This document shows positions 35,780-44,989 of a stretch of DNA of 52,217 nucleotides, one piece after another. The translations under genes and the position numbers were made by a program. The stretch comes from a virus. Lineage: Duplodnaviria > Caudoviricetes. Below the pieces are notes generated by a model. The model worked only from the letters and a program-made list of their open reading frames with translations. It was not told the DNA's origin and ran no database searches. The stretch covers positions 1-52,217 of IMG/VR virus record IMGVR_UViG_3300023179_000149. One strand, given 5' to 3'. Each line of letters starts with the position of its first letter. Positions within the stretch are counted from its first letter, which is position 1.

Positions 35780-36916
35780 TTGCTTAACGCTAAAAAAACA
35801 GGAAAATTTTTTGCTGAACGGGGTCTGGGAACCGAGGATTTGATTTGGATCCTTAAGTGTTTGAAGTTGTTAGGGGAGAGACTCCCAGACGACTGCTGCT
35901 GGCCCTTGGACAAGATCAACCACGTTTTCTTCCATGGGTTCACGCTTCAGCGAAAGAATCCCTTTGAGGACCGCTCAGCGTTGACTGGGGCCTCTACTGG
36001 TAGGCCGCAATATAGAGGTAGAGATGCACGAGCTTTAATTCTTGCTATTACTGGTAGGTACGGGGAGTCAGGGCAAGTTGTAGTAAGAACTGCCTCCTGT
36101 TCTTCCCCTTACTGTGTTAACCCCAACCATTACTACTGGGGAAGTAAAAGCGATGTTCAATTGGAGCGGCTAAGACGCAACGGAATTTCTTTATCGTGGG
36201 AAACGATTAAAAAGATCAAGACTTTAAGGAATACTGATCCACAGCGGTACACCTATCAAAAACTTTCCGAGGAATTTCATTTGTCTTATAGTGTTATACG
36301 TGGAATTTGTAATAAAAGTATTTACTTTCCGTCTAATCCAGGGGGGCAGAAGCTTGTTATAGTTCCAGAGAAGCTAGGCGTCAGCCCTGAATCTCTTGTA
36401 ATTACAAAAGAGGATGTAATGGACTACTCAAACACTAAATGCATATGGGGACATAAGGGGAAGTTCGGATTAATGGGAGAGTGTTTGACCTGTATGGAAG
36501 AAATAAAAAAGGGGAAATGTGAAATAAATCTTAAATCTTTTGCTTTTGATAAATACTGGACCGTACGTAGTTTTTGGGACAAAGTAGAAATACCAGAGGA
36601 TTTAGACATCAAAAAATGCTGGATTTGGAAGGGCGGTAGGAAACCTAATAATGAAACCGTTGCGTATATGCCTAGCCCTTTTCATTCTGCTAAAGCACAG
36701 ACAGCGCCACGAGTTGCATTCTGGGTCTCAAGAGGTTATACAGGGAAGTATAGAATTATGCATACACAAGATTGTGAATCCGGTTGTTGCAACCCAACCC
36801 ATCTAACAATAAAGGGATTCAAGTTGGGGGACCAACCAGAACAGCTTACTAACTACGACCTTACCTATGGAAACATTTTTGAACAAGTTAGAAAAAGTAA
36901 CGCAGAAGCGCAGTGA
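35780..36916 (+). CDS. Protein with two degenerate Zn-binding HNH (His-Cys) domains and a central HTH
   Basis: CSSPYCVNPNH; YQKLSEEFHLSYSVIRGI; CWIWKG...RVAF...H...C...CCNPTHL. Confidence 0.7.
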   Translation: MLNAKKTGKFFAERGLGTEDLIWILKCLKLLGERLPDDCCWPLDKINHVFFHGFTLQRKNPFEDRSALTGASTGRPQYRGRDARALILAITGRYGESGQVVVRTASCSSPYCVNPNHYYWGSKSDVQLERLRRNGISLSWETIKKIKTLRNTDPQRYTYQKLSEEFHLSYSVIRGICNKSIYFPSNPGGQKLVIVPEKLGVSPESLVITKEDVMDYSNTKCIWGHKGKFGLMGECLTCMEEIKKGKCEINLKSFAFDKYWTVRSFWDKVEIPEDLDIKKCWIWKGGRKPNNETVAYMPSPFHSAKAQTAPRVAFWVSRGYTGKYRIMHTQDCESGCCNPTHLTIKGFKLGDQPEQLTNYDLTYGNIFEQVRKSNAEAQ

Positions 36917-37211
36917 AATTTTACTTACCTGCTACCACGAACTAAATCCTACATGGATTGGATTAATAGTTATAGGACCCGATAATTACTGGACAGAACC
37001 CAACGCTAATAAAGATGAGGTAGTGTCTGATTTACGCATATTGGAAAAAAGATTAACTTATGAACTAATAGAAACAAAGGAGATGGAAGGAGTTTACCCT
37101 GAACGCGCTACAATAATAGAAGAAAAATATCAAGCAAGTGGTAGGAACAATAGCCTATACACCGGCTTAAATTTAATCAATGGCACTATACCTGACAGCA
37201 CTTCCGACTAA
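36867..37211 (+). CDS. Hypothetical protein
   Basis: Y..SGR.N..YTGL motif seen in cyanophage hypotheticals. Confidence 0.65.
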   Translation: METFLNKLEKVTQKRSEILLTCYHELNPTWIGLIVIGPDNYWTEPNANKDEVVSDLRILEKRLTYELIETKEMEGVYPERATIIEEKYQASGRNNSLYTGLNLINGTIPDSTSD

Positions 37212-37872
37212 CCTAGGATTTACAAACCTTGGTACAGTTCAGGCTTACCCAACTGGTGGTACGGGGCCAACTGCTTATGGTCCGACAAGTTATTTTGGCA
37301 GTGATCCACTACCACCAAGACCCGGCGATAGTATTAATAACCCAATTAATCTAGGTGATTTAAGTTCATTTAGTTCTATTTCCAAGTCAATAACAATATC
37401 AAATTCTCACGGTGGTTTAACAAGAATTCAAACAACGTTTTATAAAATGCGTTTACTTCAAGCGCGTGCAATACAGTTTTCACAAAACTTCAGTCAAACT
37501 TCTTATGATTCCAAAACAAATAGAAATACAATACTTTCATTTTATGTAATTGAAGACGGCACGCACAGAAGAGAACTACCAATAAACTCTAATGGTTACG
37601 TGTATGATGCGTCCGGCATTCCATACTCTGATTCAGATACCGACATAGTTGAAAACCGGTCGAAAGATTATCCGAACATCATGCTTGCGCCTAGAGATTA
37701 TTTATTTTTAATAACAAACGATATCCGTTACATTGAAACACTTTATTCAATTGAATTAACAACATCTATTAATGATTGGAGGTATTCCAGTGAAACGTCT
37801 GAAAAAGATATTAACTTTGATTTAATAACAGCAGAAGTAGATCTGGAGTTTGACTTTGGAGACGTAACCTAG
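37180..37872 (+). CDS. Hypothetical beta-rich protein, possibly structural
   Basis: 230 aa, Thr/Ser/Gly-rich. Confidence 0.65.
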   Translation: MALYLTALPTNLGFTNLGTVQAYPTGGTGPTAYGPTSYFGSDPLPPRPGDSINNPINLGDLSSFSSISKSITISNSHGGLTRIQTTFYKMRLLQARAIQFSQNFSQTSYDSKTNRNTILSFYVIEDGTHRRELPINSNGYVYDASGIPYSDSDTDIVENRSKDYPNIMLAPRDYLFLITNDIRYIETLYSIELTTSINDWRYSSETSEKDINFDLITAEVDLEFDFGDVT

Positions 37873-37908
37873 TTTATGCTACAGTATTAACAACAAACTA
37901 CTTGTACT

Positions 37909-38103
37909 ATGAAAGTTGTCACTGTTGAGCAGTTGCAAGTAAATTTTGATGATATCATGGACGATGTTGTTGTAAATCTAGAACATTATAAAATTACAAC
38001 TGAAACTTCTGCAGTGATGCTTCTGCCAATAGATTCTTACAAAGTACTGCTTGAGTCTTATGATGAGTGGATAGAAACAAAAAACCCATCAATTATTGTT
38101 TAA
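37909..38103 (+). CDS. Phd/YefM antitoxin-like protein
   Basis: VTVEQLQVNFDDIMDDV.....Y.I......VMLLP...Y..L.E. Confidence 0.65.
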   Translation: MKVVTVEQLQVNFDDIMDDVVVNLEHYKITTETSAVMLLPIDSYKVLLESYDEWIETKNPSIIV

Positions 38104-38135
38104 TAATCAACATTTAAACTGTATAGCTCCTTTTA

Positions 38136-39134
38136 TTAAGGTGTTTTAGCTGGGTTTTGAGCTGCTGCTTTAGCGAGTAAATCTGCTCTTGCTTTTTCAA
38201 CGGCAGCAACATCAGCACTTGGAGTAGAAGGTTTTGCCGCAGATGCAGGTGCAGGTGCAGGCGCAGGTGTAGGTGCAGGTGTAGGTGCAGGTGCAGCTTT
38301 TGTTGGAGTAAAGAAAGATCCTTCTCTGTTGTAACCCTTATCTGCTAAGGTTTTAATTTCTTCTGGATCAGAAGTATACATATGTCGACCTAATGTGGGA
38401 TTATAAAAACGTTGTACTTCTTGTGTATCTGCCTGAGCAGTATCATAAACTTTACCTACATCACCTTCATAATTAAACCCCTGAGAAACGGCAGCATCCC
38501 GTTCTTCTTTTGATGTTGTAAATAAATGGTTAGGTCCACCCGGTTTATTACCTGGTCTATACAAGCGATACAAAGTACTTGCACCTGCAGTAGTGTCACT
38601 AGGATCTAATGTCTTAAATACAGTATCACCTTCTTTGTTAAACCCACTTAAAAGTTCTTTACCTGGATCTGAGCTATAAAAATGCTCCTGAGTGCTTGGA
38701 TTATAGTAACGATTAAATTCAAGTAATTTAACACCTGATTGGGTTACCGGTTTAACATCTGTGGGGTTCACTGCATCAAGATAATCTTTTTGTTTCTCGT
38801 CTGCAATTGCCGCTGCAGCTGTAGTTGCGGTTTTGTATAAGAGTTCCTTAGGAATGCCAGTGGTTTCAGCTAAATATTTATCTCCTTTGGGAAGAGAGGA
38901 TAAATAAGTTGCAGCGGCTTGATATTTTGTTTGTTCTTGAGTTTCGCGTAAATTTTTATCTGTTCCTACAGCTGCTTCACGACTTTCTTTGCTAAGTGCC
39001 CCCATATCTTTGAGGCTTTTCAAATATTTCTCACCAACAGCAAACGCTTCTGGCGTTGTAATAGAACGGTACAAGGAAGGCGCTGTAGGCGCAGGCATTA
39101 TTACCGTAGGTGCAGTTGATTTTGAACTTCCCAT
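38136..39134 (-). CDS. Putative virion protein with DUF5648-like repeats and a Pro-Ala/Thr linker
   Basis: Three R.YNP...H.YT....E......G...EG repeats; PAPTPAPTPAPAPAPA. Confidence 0.75.
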   Translation of the reverse strand: MGSSKSTAPTVIMPAPTAPSLYRSITTPEAFAVGEKYLKSLKDMGALSKESREAAVGTDKNLRETQEQTKYQAAATYLSSLPKGDKYLAETTGIPKELLYKTATTAAAAIADEKQKDYLDAVNPTDVKPVTQSGVKLLEFNRYYNPSTQEHFYSSDPGKELLSGFNKEGDTVFKTLDPSDTTAGASTLYRLYRPGNKPGGPNHLFTTSKEERDAAVSQGFNYEGDVGKVYDTAQADTQEVQRFYNPTLGRHMYTSDPEEIKTLADKGYNREGSFFTPTKAAPAPTPAPTPAPAPAPASAAKPSTPSADVAAVEKARADLLAKAAAQNPAKTP

Positions 39135-39194
39135 GAGTACCTATTTCTTTACTCGGATCTCTATACTGATATTACTACTAATAAACTGAACCAG

Positions 39195-39539
39195 GTGAGT
39201 GACCCCTATTGCCCCAAAGGACATGAAGACGAGGAGCAAAATCAACTCGGCATAAGTGATGGTCTTTTTCATGAGGAGGAAAACCCTTTACATATGGCCC
39301 AGTTTAACGAACTATTGGCTGGTATGTCCACAAAGGTTATGTATTCATTAATGACTCAGCAAGAGAAACAAGTAGCAAAGGCTTTTTGGGAGGCCTGCAA
39401 TTATGGGGGAAGGCCAAAACCAGGGGATTTAAAAAACATGGAAGACAAAAGAATTTATTACGAATGGGTTCTACGGATTGCTCATTTAAATCAGTGTGAC
39501 AAGTTCTTAAAAAACGTTAAGATACCTATAGAAACGTAA
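39195..39539 (+). CDS. Hypothetical protein
   Basis: ORF track. Confidence 0.65.
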   Translation: MSDPYCPKGHEDEEQNQLGISDGLFHEEENPLHMAQFNELLAGMSTKVMYSLMTQQEKQVAKAFWEACNYGGRPKPGDLKNMEDKRIYYEWVLRIAHLNQCDKFLKNVKIPIET

Positions 39540-39548
39540 TGGAACACC

Positions 39549-40130
39549 GTGTTGACAGATTATTTGATTGAAGAGGGAGAGTTGCCGGCAATATCGCCGG
39601 TAAAAAAAAATTCTATTGATCCTAATAAATACGTAAGCTATAGGTTTAATGGTTTAAACATTTCAGAAGTCACAATTGAAAATAACAGAGAAAAATTAGT
39701 TCCCTCGTTAGCAGACCAAGTTAATATGTTTCTACCACCATCAGGTAGCTTTGAAGATGCAGACCTAAGAAGATATTTAGAACTTGTTTGTAGTTACGAA
39801 ACATCCACAAATGATTTGGTTTTAGGGCTATCACTTGCGGATCAAATAAGAATATGTTTTAGCGATATGGTACCAGCAAAAATATGTGCTAAATTTCCCG
39901 ACATTGATCTTGCAACAAAACGAAGATACAGGTGTGTTGCAGAATATTTAATTCGGCAAGAAGAATTAATTAAAATGAGAGACGAATCTGGCAAATTAAT
40001 TAAAGAAGTAGGTAATCTTGGTAAAATGGTAGTAATTTATAAGCCGCTACCCAAAATAAGAGAAACATTAAAACGCTCAGGACTGTTTGCATTTATAAAA
40101 CAATCTCCAAGGGATGCTGAAACAAAATAA
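39549..40130 (+). CDS. Hypothetical protein
   Basis: 193-aa ORF. Confidence 0.7.
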   Translation: MLTDYLIEEGELPAISPVKKNSIDPNKYVSYRFNGLNISEVTIENNREKLVPSLADQVNMFLPPSGSFEDADLRRYLELVCSYETSTNDLVLGLSLADQIRICFSDMVPAKICAKFPDIDLATKRRYRCVAEYLIRQEELIKMRDESGKLIKEVGNLGKMVVIYKPLPKIRETLKRSGLFAFIKQSPRDAETK

Positions 40131-40199
40131 TTTTCTGGTTATCCGACCTGTTTTTTTATTTTTCTTTGTTATTATCGTTATTAACTTGCAACTTTAAAA

Positions 40200-40607
40200 A
40201 TGACTAATTACAGAAAACAAAAACTAGACAAATTAGCAGTCAACATGCCAACCGAAACAGAACGTGTTATGACCAAGCTTGTCATTGAAAGAATTTGCGA
40301 TGACATGTGTGATTTTTATGATCGGTTCTATTATTTTGAAGGTCCCGGAGCTATGGTTTATGTTCCAACAGCCAAAGAAGAAAGAGATACAATGTTTTAC
40401 ATGTCAGTTGCAGCGTTAATTGCCGCCAGAGAAGACTTCCAATCAAAAGACATGGATGGAGTTGCTGAAATAATGCGTAAAGCTATTGTTAAGGCTGAGG
40501 CTCTTGACTTAGAAAAAGAAGCTTTATTTATTATTCAAGATCCACAGCACATGTCATTACTTCATTATAAACGTCAAAAAGGTGTTGCCGATCTTGTTCC
40601 TTCATGA
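40200..40607 (+). CDS. Hypothetical protein
   Basis: ATGA-coupled to the MTase-like gene. Confidence 0.7.
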   Translation: MTNYRKQKLDKLAVNMPTETERVMTKLVIERICDDMCDFYDRFYYFEGPGAMVYVPTAKEERDTMFYMSVAALIAAREDFQSKDMDGVAEIMRKAIVKAEALDLEKEALFIIQDPQHMSLLHYKRQKGVADLVPS

Positions 40608-41224
40608 GTTATTACAAAAACCTACCTCGACATTTATTTCTTACAAGAATTTTACGAATTGAAGAGGACTGGTTAACTCCTGTTGAATATTTACCTTATA
40701 TATACGCTTTACTAGGCGACATTGACTTAGATCCGTGCACAACAGAGCATGCCAATAAAGAATATTTACGTGCAAAAAAAATTTACACATTAAAAGAAGA
40801 TGGTTTAAATACTCATGAGCAATGGCTAGGAAAAACATATTTATTCCCCCCTACATACGGACGTTGCTCTTTTAATAAACAACGCGGTACATGGAGATGG
40901 GGATTGAAGGGAGGCCATACTGGTAAGTCCCCCTCTTCTGTTTGGTTTAAAAGATTAGAAAAAGAATGGAAACTTCGTAATGTTTCAGAAGCTTTATTTT
41001 TTTCTACTAGCCATGAAATATTAAGAAGCTGTCCAGAAATATGGAACTATCCAGTGTGTATACCTAAAGATAGAGCAAGGCTTATACACGGTAAATTCAT
41101 GAAGGTTTTAGGTGCCCCGTTCACATGGGGGTTTTTTGTTTACTTACCTAGTACGGATTTAGGTTTTAATCAAATTGAAAGGTTTCAACAAGTTTTTTCC
41201 AATATAGGTAAAGTCATCTGTTAA
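40604..41224 (+). CDS. Phage N6-adenine methyltransferase-like protein with altered catalytic motif
   Basis: W.TP, IDLDPC, DGL...W.G, but FPPTY where NPPY is expected. Confidence 0.7.
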   Translation: MSYYKNLPRHLFLTRILRIEEDWLTPVEYLPYIYALLGDIDLDPCTTEHANKEYLRAKKIYTLKEDGLNTHEQWLGKTYLFPPTYGRCSFNKQRGTWRWGLKGGHTGKSPSSVWFKRLEKEWKLRNVSEALFFSTSHEILRSCPEIWNYPVCIPKDRARLIHGKFMKVLGAPFTWGFFVYLPSTDLGFNQIERFQQVFSNIGKVIC

Positions 41225-41468
41225 ACAAGCTAGCGCGAAACGCATTTCTAAATCCATAGGTAGCAGCACCTGGCCCAGACATAATAAACCTTCCTTCATC
41301 TTCACGGTCTGAAGCTGCATTTTGTTTGGTTAGCTCTCTTGAATTGTTTATATACCTGGCTAAGAACCTTTTACCAGAAGTATTGTCAGATGCACGTGTA
41401 TTATTAGGACCATCGGTTTCCTTATACCGATTATCAACGTCATAATCCTGGCTTGTTTCCAATTTCAT
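41214..41468 (-). CDS. Small late-type protein
   Basis: YDVD.RY...FLARY. Confidence 0.6.
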   Translation of the reverse strand: MKLETSQDYDVDNRYKETDGPNNTRASDNTSGKRFLARYINNSRELTKQNAASDREDEGRFIMSGPGAATYGFRNAFRASLFNR

Positions 41469-41498
41469 GCTAGTATTTGGGCAGATCCGTTTACTGCC

Positions 41499-41897
41499 GT
41501 GATTACTTTTCAGTCTACTCCAAGTGAGGATACCATCTCCTTTGACTCTTCTAGCCCGGGTTTTAATTCTTTTGCTAGTAATTTTGATTGGTATGCAGAT
41601 CAGAATTGGGAAACAGAGGATAAAGACGGTTTTTTTACAAGTAATTTAATTTCCAATAAGTTAAGCGAAGGTGCTGTGGATAACGTTTACGCGCCGGCTC
41701 ATTACACAAAAAATGAAGATATAGAATGTATAGAAGCAATTAAAGCAGCACTTGGAACCGAAAAATTTCGTGGCTACTGTCAAGGCAATGTAATAAAGTA
41801 TGTGTGGCGTGCCGACCACAAAAACAATACTTTAGAAGATTTAAAAAAAAGCAGGTGGTATTTAGATAGACTTATTGCTTCTCATGAAAATAATTAA
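41499..41897 (+). CDS. DUF3310 (T7 gp1.7 nucleotide-kinase-like) protein
   Basis: DNV..P.HY....IECIEAI......GY..GN.IKY.WR...K....EDLKK..WYL. Confidence 0.85.
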   Translation: MITFQSTPSEDTISFDSSSPGFNSFASNFDWYADQNWETEDKDGFFTSNLISNKLSEGAVDNVYAPAHYTKNEDIECIEAIKAALGTEKFRGYCQGNVIKYVWRADHKNNTLEDLKKSRWYLDRLIASHENN

Positions 41898-42640
41898 ATA
41901 GCTTTATTAGAGCCTAGGCAACCCTGTTCCTGGTTCCAGTAACGCCAGAAACGACGCAAAGTTTCTTGGGTAGGATCAAATTCAAGTAATTTGCGCTCTA
42001 AATACTCAACTGCTTTTACCTGATTAGGCGTACCTAAATAACTTTCTCCTATATTTAACAAGCATTGATTAAGTTTACATTTGTGTTCAAAAAATAAGGG
42101 CACTTCTTTATCGGGTGCCATGTACATATTGAGTTCAACGCGGCGACGTTCTTTTAACTTATTATCAACACCAAAATAAATTGAATTTATTAATGGGCTC
42201 CATTCCTTAATAATTAATTTTTTACTAGCATAAGAGTTTATTAATTTAAGTAAATAAGATTCTTTAAATGCGGCTAAGCCTATGCTATGCGCGTAACTTA
42301 ATAGTGCAGCTCTTTTTTTACTGTTTAAACTTACAAACACGTATGCTTGTACTTTTTCAGCAAAAGGTTTGAGATCTTCTACTAATTGATTGTTTATTTC
42401 TTTTGTTGTGGCTTTAGTATGCCAATTAACTGCATGATTTTTAATTTTTACACTGCCATAACCAATTTTATAATGATCAGATCCTTCTTCTTTATAGCAA
42501 CCAAACCGCCCGGAACCCAGATAAATTCTAGGTGTTGTATATAATTGTACTAATTTTATTGCATCTTGATTTAAAAATAAAGGTAAGGTTTCTTTATGGG
42601 ACAACAACGCTGCCGGTATAGGAGACCTCTGAGTATCCAT
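41894..42640 (-). CDS. Degenerate GH24 lysozyme-like protein
   Basis: IGYG, AL.S....G...F..S.L....N, L..RR..E present; catalytic Glu/Thr not evident; start uncertain. Confidence 0.7.
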   Translation of the reverse strand: MDTQRSPIPAALLSHKETLPLFLNQDAIKLVQLYTTPRIYLGSGRFGCYKEEGSDHYKIGYGSVKIKNHAVNWHTKATTKEINNQLVEDLKPFAEKVQAYVFVSLNSKKRAALLSYAHSIGLAAFKESYLLKLINSYASKKLIIKEWSPLINSIYFGVDNKLKERRRVELNMYMAPDKEVPLFFEHKCKLNQCLLNIGESYLGTPNQVKAVEYLERKLLEFDPTQETLRRFWRYWNQEQGCLGSNKAI

Positions 42641-42980
42641 CTAGTTCCAAGAGGACAATGTAATTTTTTGTTGCATCTGTTACGGTAACAGCAACCGCGC
42701 CCTTACTGCGCCCATCTTTTGCTATATTGGCGTAAGTTTTATACCCCGCCGGTGCAGTAGAGCCGTTGTAAACGTCTTCTTGAAAAATCTCCATAGTGTT
42801 GACACCTGAAGAATTGTCTAATTTAACTATTAGACTGCCTGTACTGGCTGGGTTAACACGGAAGCCCCTGATATTTAAACCGGGAGTTGCGGATGCAGAC
42901 GTTGTTCCTTGGTAAGTAACTTCACTTCCCGCGTCAACAGAAAAATTGTCAAGAGTCCCTTTGATTGTTCTGGTAGGCAT
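42594..42980 (-). CDS. Small beta-rich putative virion protein
   Basis: Thr/Ser/Gly/Val-rich, 128 aa. Confidence 0.65.
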   Translation of the reverse strand: MPTRTIKGTLDNFSVDAGSEVTYQGTTSASATPGLNIRGFRVNPASTGSLIVKLDNSSGVNTMEIFQEDVYNGSTAPAGYKTYANIAKDGRSKGAVAVTVTDATKNYIVLLELDGYSEVSYTGSVVVP

Positions 42981-42985
42981 GGTAA

Positions 42986-43207
42986 TTACGAGAGTTGGCT
43001 TTTTGTCAGGTAGTTAAACTTAATTTCAGCGTCTATCCCGTGTTCTTTCATGATACCAAAGAACAACTGTTTGTCCATCATTTTTTGATGAAGAATGTCA
43101 ATAAACGCTTCTTCTAGTTCATCTCTATCAAGTTGTTTTAAGCTTAGCGCGGCGGCATGTAGAGCAAACTGTGCGTCCACCGGTAGCTCTAAGGCGTTAG
43201 TGTCCAT
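42986..43207 (-). CDS. nblA: Phycobilisome degradation protein NblA
   Basis: LELPVDAQFALHAAALSLKQLDRDELEEAFIDILHQKMMDKQLFFGIMKEH aligns by eye to NblA (L...QF.......V.....Q......L..Q.......L.K.). Confidence 0.75.
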   Translation of the reverse strand: MDTNALELPVDAQFALHAAALSLKQLDRDELEEAFIDILHQKMMDKQLFFGIMKEHGIDAEIKFNYLTKSQLS

Positions 43208-43264
43208 CGGCTTTCCAACTTATACTGTTATTTTAGCAGTTCTAAGTTGCTTTGTCGCCTACTT

Positions 43265-43441
43265 TCAGAATAAACCTGAACTTAACCTTGTTAACGCTTT
43301 ATATTTATTGGAGCGCCCCGTGCCCGTATGGCAAACGTGGAATCCATTTTTGCTCCATTGTTTGTTGAGGTATATTGTTCCCAGAGCATAAGTGCTTCCA
43401 AAAACCAATCCTGATAAGAGAATAAGTGCAAACACTTGCAA
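43265..43441 (-). CDS. 58-aa membrane protein (TTG start)
   Basis: Manual translation MQVFALILLSGLVFGSTYALGTIYLNKQW... Confidence 0.4.
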   Translation of the reverse strand: MQVFALILLSGLVFGSTYALGTIYLNKQWSKNGFHVCHTGTGRSNKYKALTRLSSGLF

Positions 43442-43490
43442 ACCTGCTTTTAAACTACTATATTTTAAGCAACCTTACATCCAGGAAACA

Positions 43491-44285
43491 GTGATTGACG
43501 GCACCATAGCGACTGAGTTTATAAAGGCGGCTGTTGCTGGAGTAAGTAAAACTCAAGCAACTCGCCACTTTAAAGAAAAATATAAATTTACCAATAAAGA
43601 TATTGAGGAGCTTGTAGAATTCTGTTCTTTTAACAAAAAACCAAAACAAATTAACTATGATTTATTTTTTAATCGACCAATAACAAAAACAAAACAAGAT
43701 ATAAAATTTCCTTTTACTCAAATTTTTATACATAAGAATTTTTTATCATCAGAAACATGCGAACAACTGATAAAGATAATTAACGATGAGGCAAGGCCTT
43801 CTACAGTTGCTAATCCACATGACCGAGCTGTAGTATCCGATTATAGAACAAGTAAGACAACTGATTTAAATTATTTTTATTCATCATTCTTAAATCGGTT
43901 GGATTGGAAAATTTGTCAATTTATGGATCTGGATCCATTTATAGGCGAAACAGTGCAAGGACAAAGCTATTTACCCGGTGAGTATTATAAGGAGCATCAT
44001 GATTTCTTTCATCCTAGAACAAAAGAGTTTTCTATATATACAGAATGGATGGGGCAACGCACGTGGACTGTTATGTGCTATTTAAATGATGTAGAGACAG
44101 GAGGAGAAACTTACTTTAAACACTTAAAACTAAAGATTAAACCTGAAAAAGGAACTGCTGTTATCTGGAATAATTTATATAAAAACGGTATGCCTAATTA
44201 CAAGACACTTCATGAAGCATTACCACCAATCAGTAACAATAAATATGTAATTACTAAGTGGTTTAGGTCTTGGCCACTAATTTAG
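43491..44285 (+). CDS. 2OG-Fe(II) oxygenase, prolyl-4-hydroxylase-like
   Basis: RTS, Y..G..Y..HHD, QR..T...YLNDV..GGET.F, LHEA.P.....K.....W; GTG 43491 after AGGA preferred. Confidence 0.9.
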   Translation: MIDGTIATEFIKAAVAGVSKTQATRHFKEKYKFTNKDIEELVEFCSFNKKPKQINYDLFFNRPITKTKQDIKFPFTQIFIHKNFLSSETCEQLIKIINDEARPSTVANPHDRAVVSDYRTSKTTDLNYFYSSFLNRLDWKICQFMDLDPFIGETVQGQSYLPGEYYKEHHDFFHPRTKEFSIYTEWMGQRTWTVMCYLNDVETGGETYFKHLKLKIKPEKGTAVIWNNLYKNGMPNYKTLHEALPPISNNKYVITKWFRSWPLI

Positions 44286-44626
44286 TTAGCCGCAATATTA
44301 AATTTAATTTTTGCAGAAGTCCCACCTTGTTCATGAAAAAAGTTAGCACGTATTTTTTTTACCGGGAATCCACTAACATTATATGCATAAGTACCGTTTG
44401 CAGTTATTTTTTCAGTACGCATTACACCAAAGTTTATGCCATCCAGACTTCCCTCTAAATTAACATCAACGTGGTTATCTATATTTTCAACTGTAGCAAT
44501 AAGTGTATAGTTACGTGTAGATAAATAATTTACAATATAAACGTCAACAGCATCAGTAGCGCCGAGTGCAGTCAATTCTGGAAAATCAAAAAATACTGTT
44601 TGCTGGTAACCTTCGAAATAACTCAT
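44282..44626 (-). CDS. Small beta-sandwich protein, paralogue 1
   Basis: EGSLDG.NF...ITANGT...P.K.IR. Confidence 0.7.
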   Translation of the reverse strand: MSYFEGYQQTVFFDFPELTALGATDAVDVYIVNYLSTRNYTLIATVENIDNHVDVNLEGSLDGINFGVMRTEKITANGTYAYNVSGFPVKKIRANFFHEQGGTSAKIKFNIAAN

Positions 44627-44629
44627 TAC

Positions 44630-44986
44630 TTATTTAGCGCCAATAACGAAAGAAACAGTTGGTGAACCTGAGGCAAATGAAACTAAATTACAACGAATAT
44701 ACTTTAACGGCATATCAATGTAATTTAAAAAAGTCGTACCGTTACTGGTAATAGTAGTATTACCAGATGGATTTAAATTAAAATAATTTGTCCCATCTAA
44801 ACTGCCCTCTATTTTAAAAACAACATTACCTCCACCAGGTATTGATGCCGTGGTAACTTGTATTAAGAAATTAGTTAAAGATGATATATTTTGTTCTGCA
44901 ACTTGAAACGTTGCCGTTGCACCTGCTGTTGAAAGGGCTTCGGCGTTAAAAAATACGCTATCAATAAAGCTGGGATCAAAGCTCAT
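44630..44986 (-). CDS. Small beta-sandwich protein, paralogue 2
   Basis: EGSLDG.NY...ITSNGT...P.K.IR. Confidence 0.7.
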   Translation of the reverse strand: MSFDPSFIDSVFFNAEALSTAGATATFQVAEQNISSLTNFLIQVTTASIPGGGNVVFKIEGSLDGTNYFNLNPSGNTTITSNGTTFLNYIDMPLKYIRCNLVSFASGSPTVSFVIGAK

Positions 44987-44989
44987 GAT

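Noticed and set aside
38243-38297. GCAGGT/GTAGGT hexamer repeat as a DNA element
   Set aside because: Explained by the encoded Pro-Ala/Pro-Thr linker.
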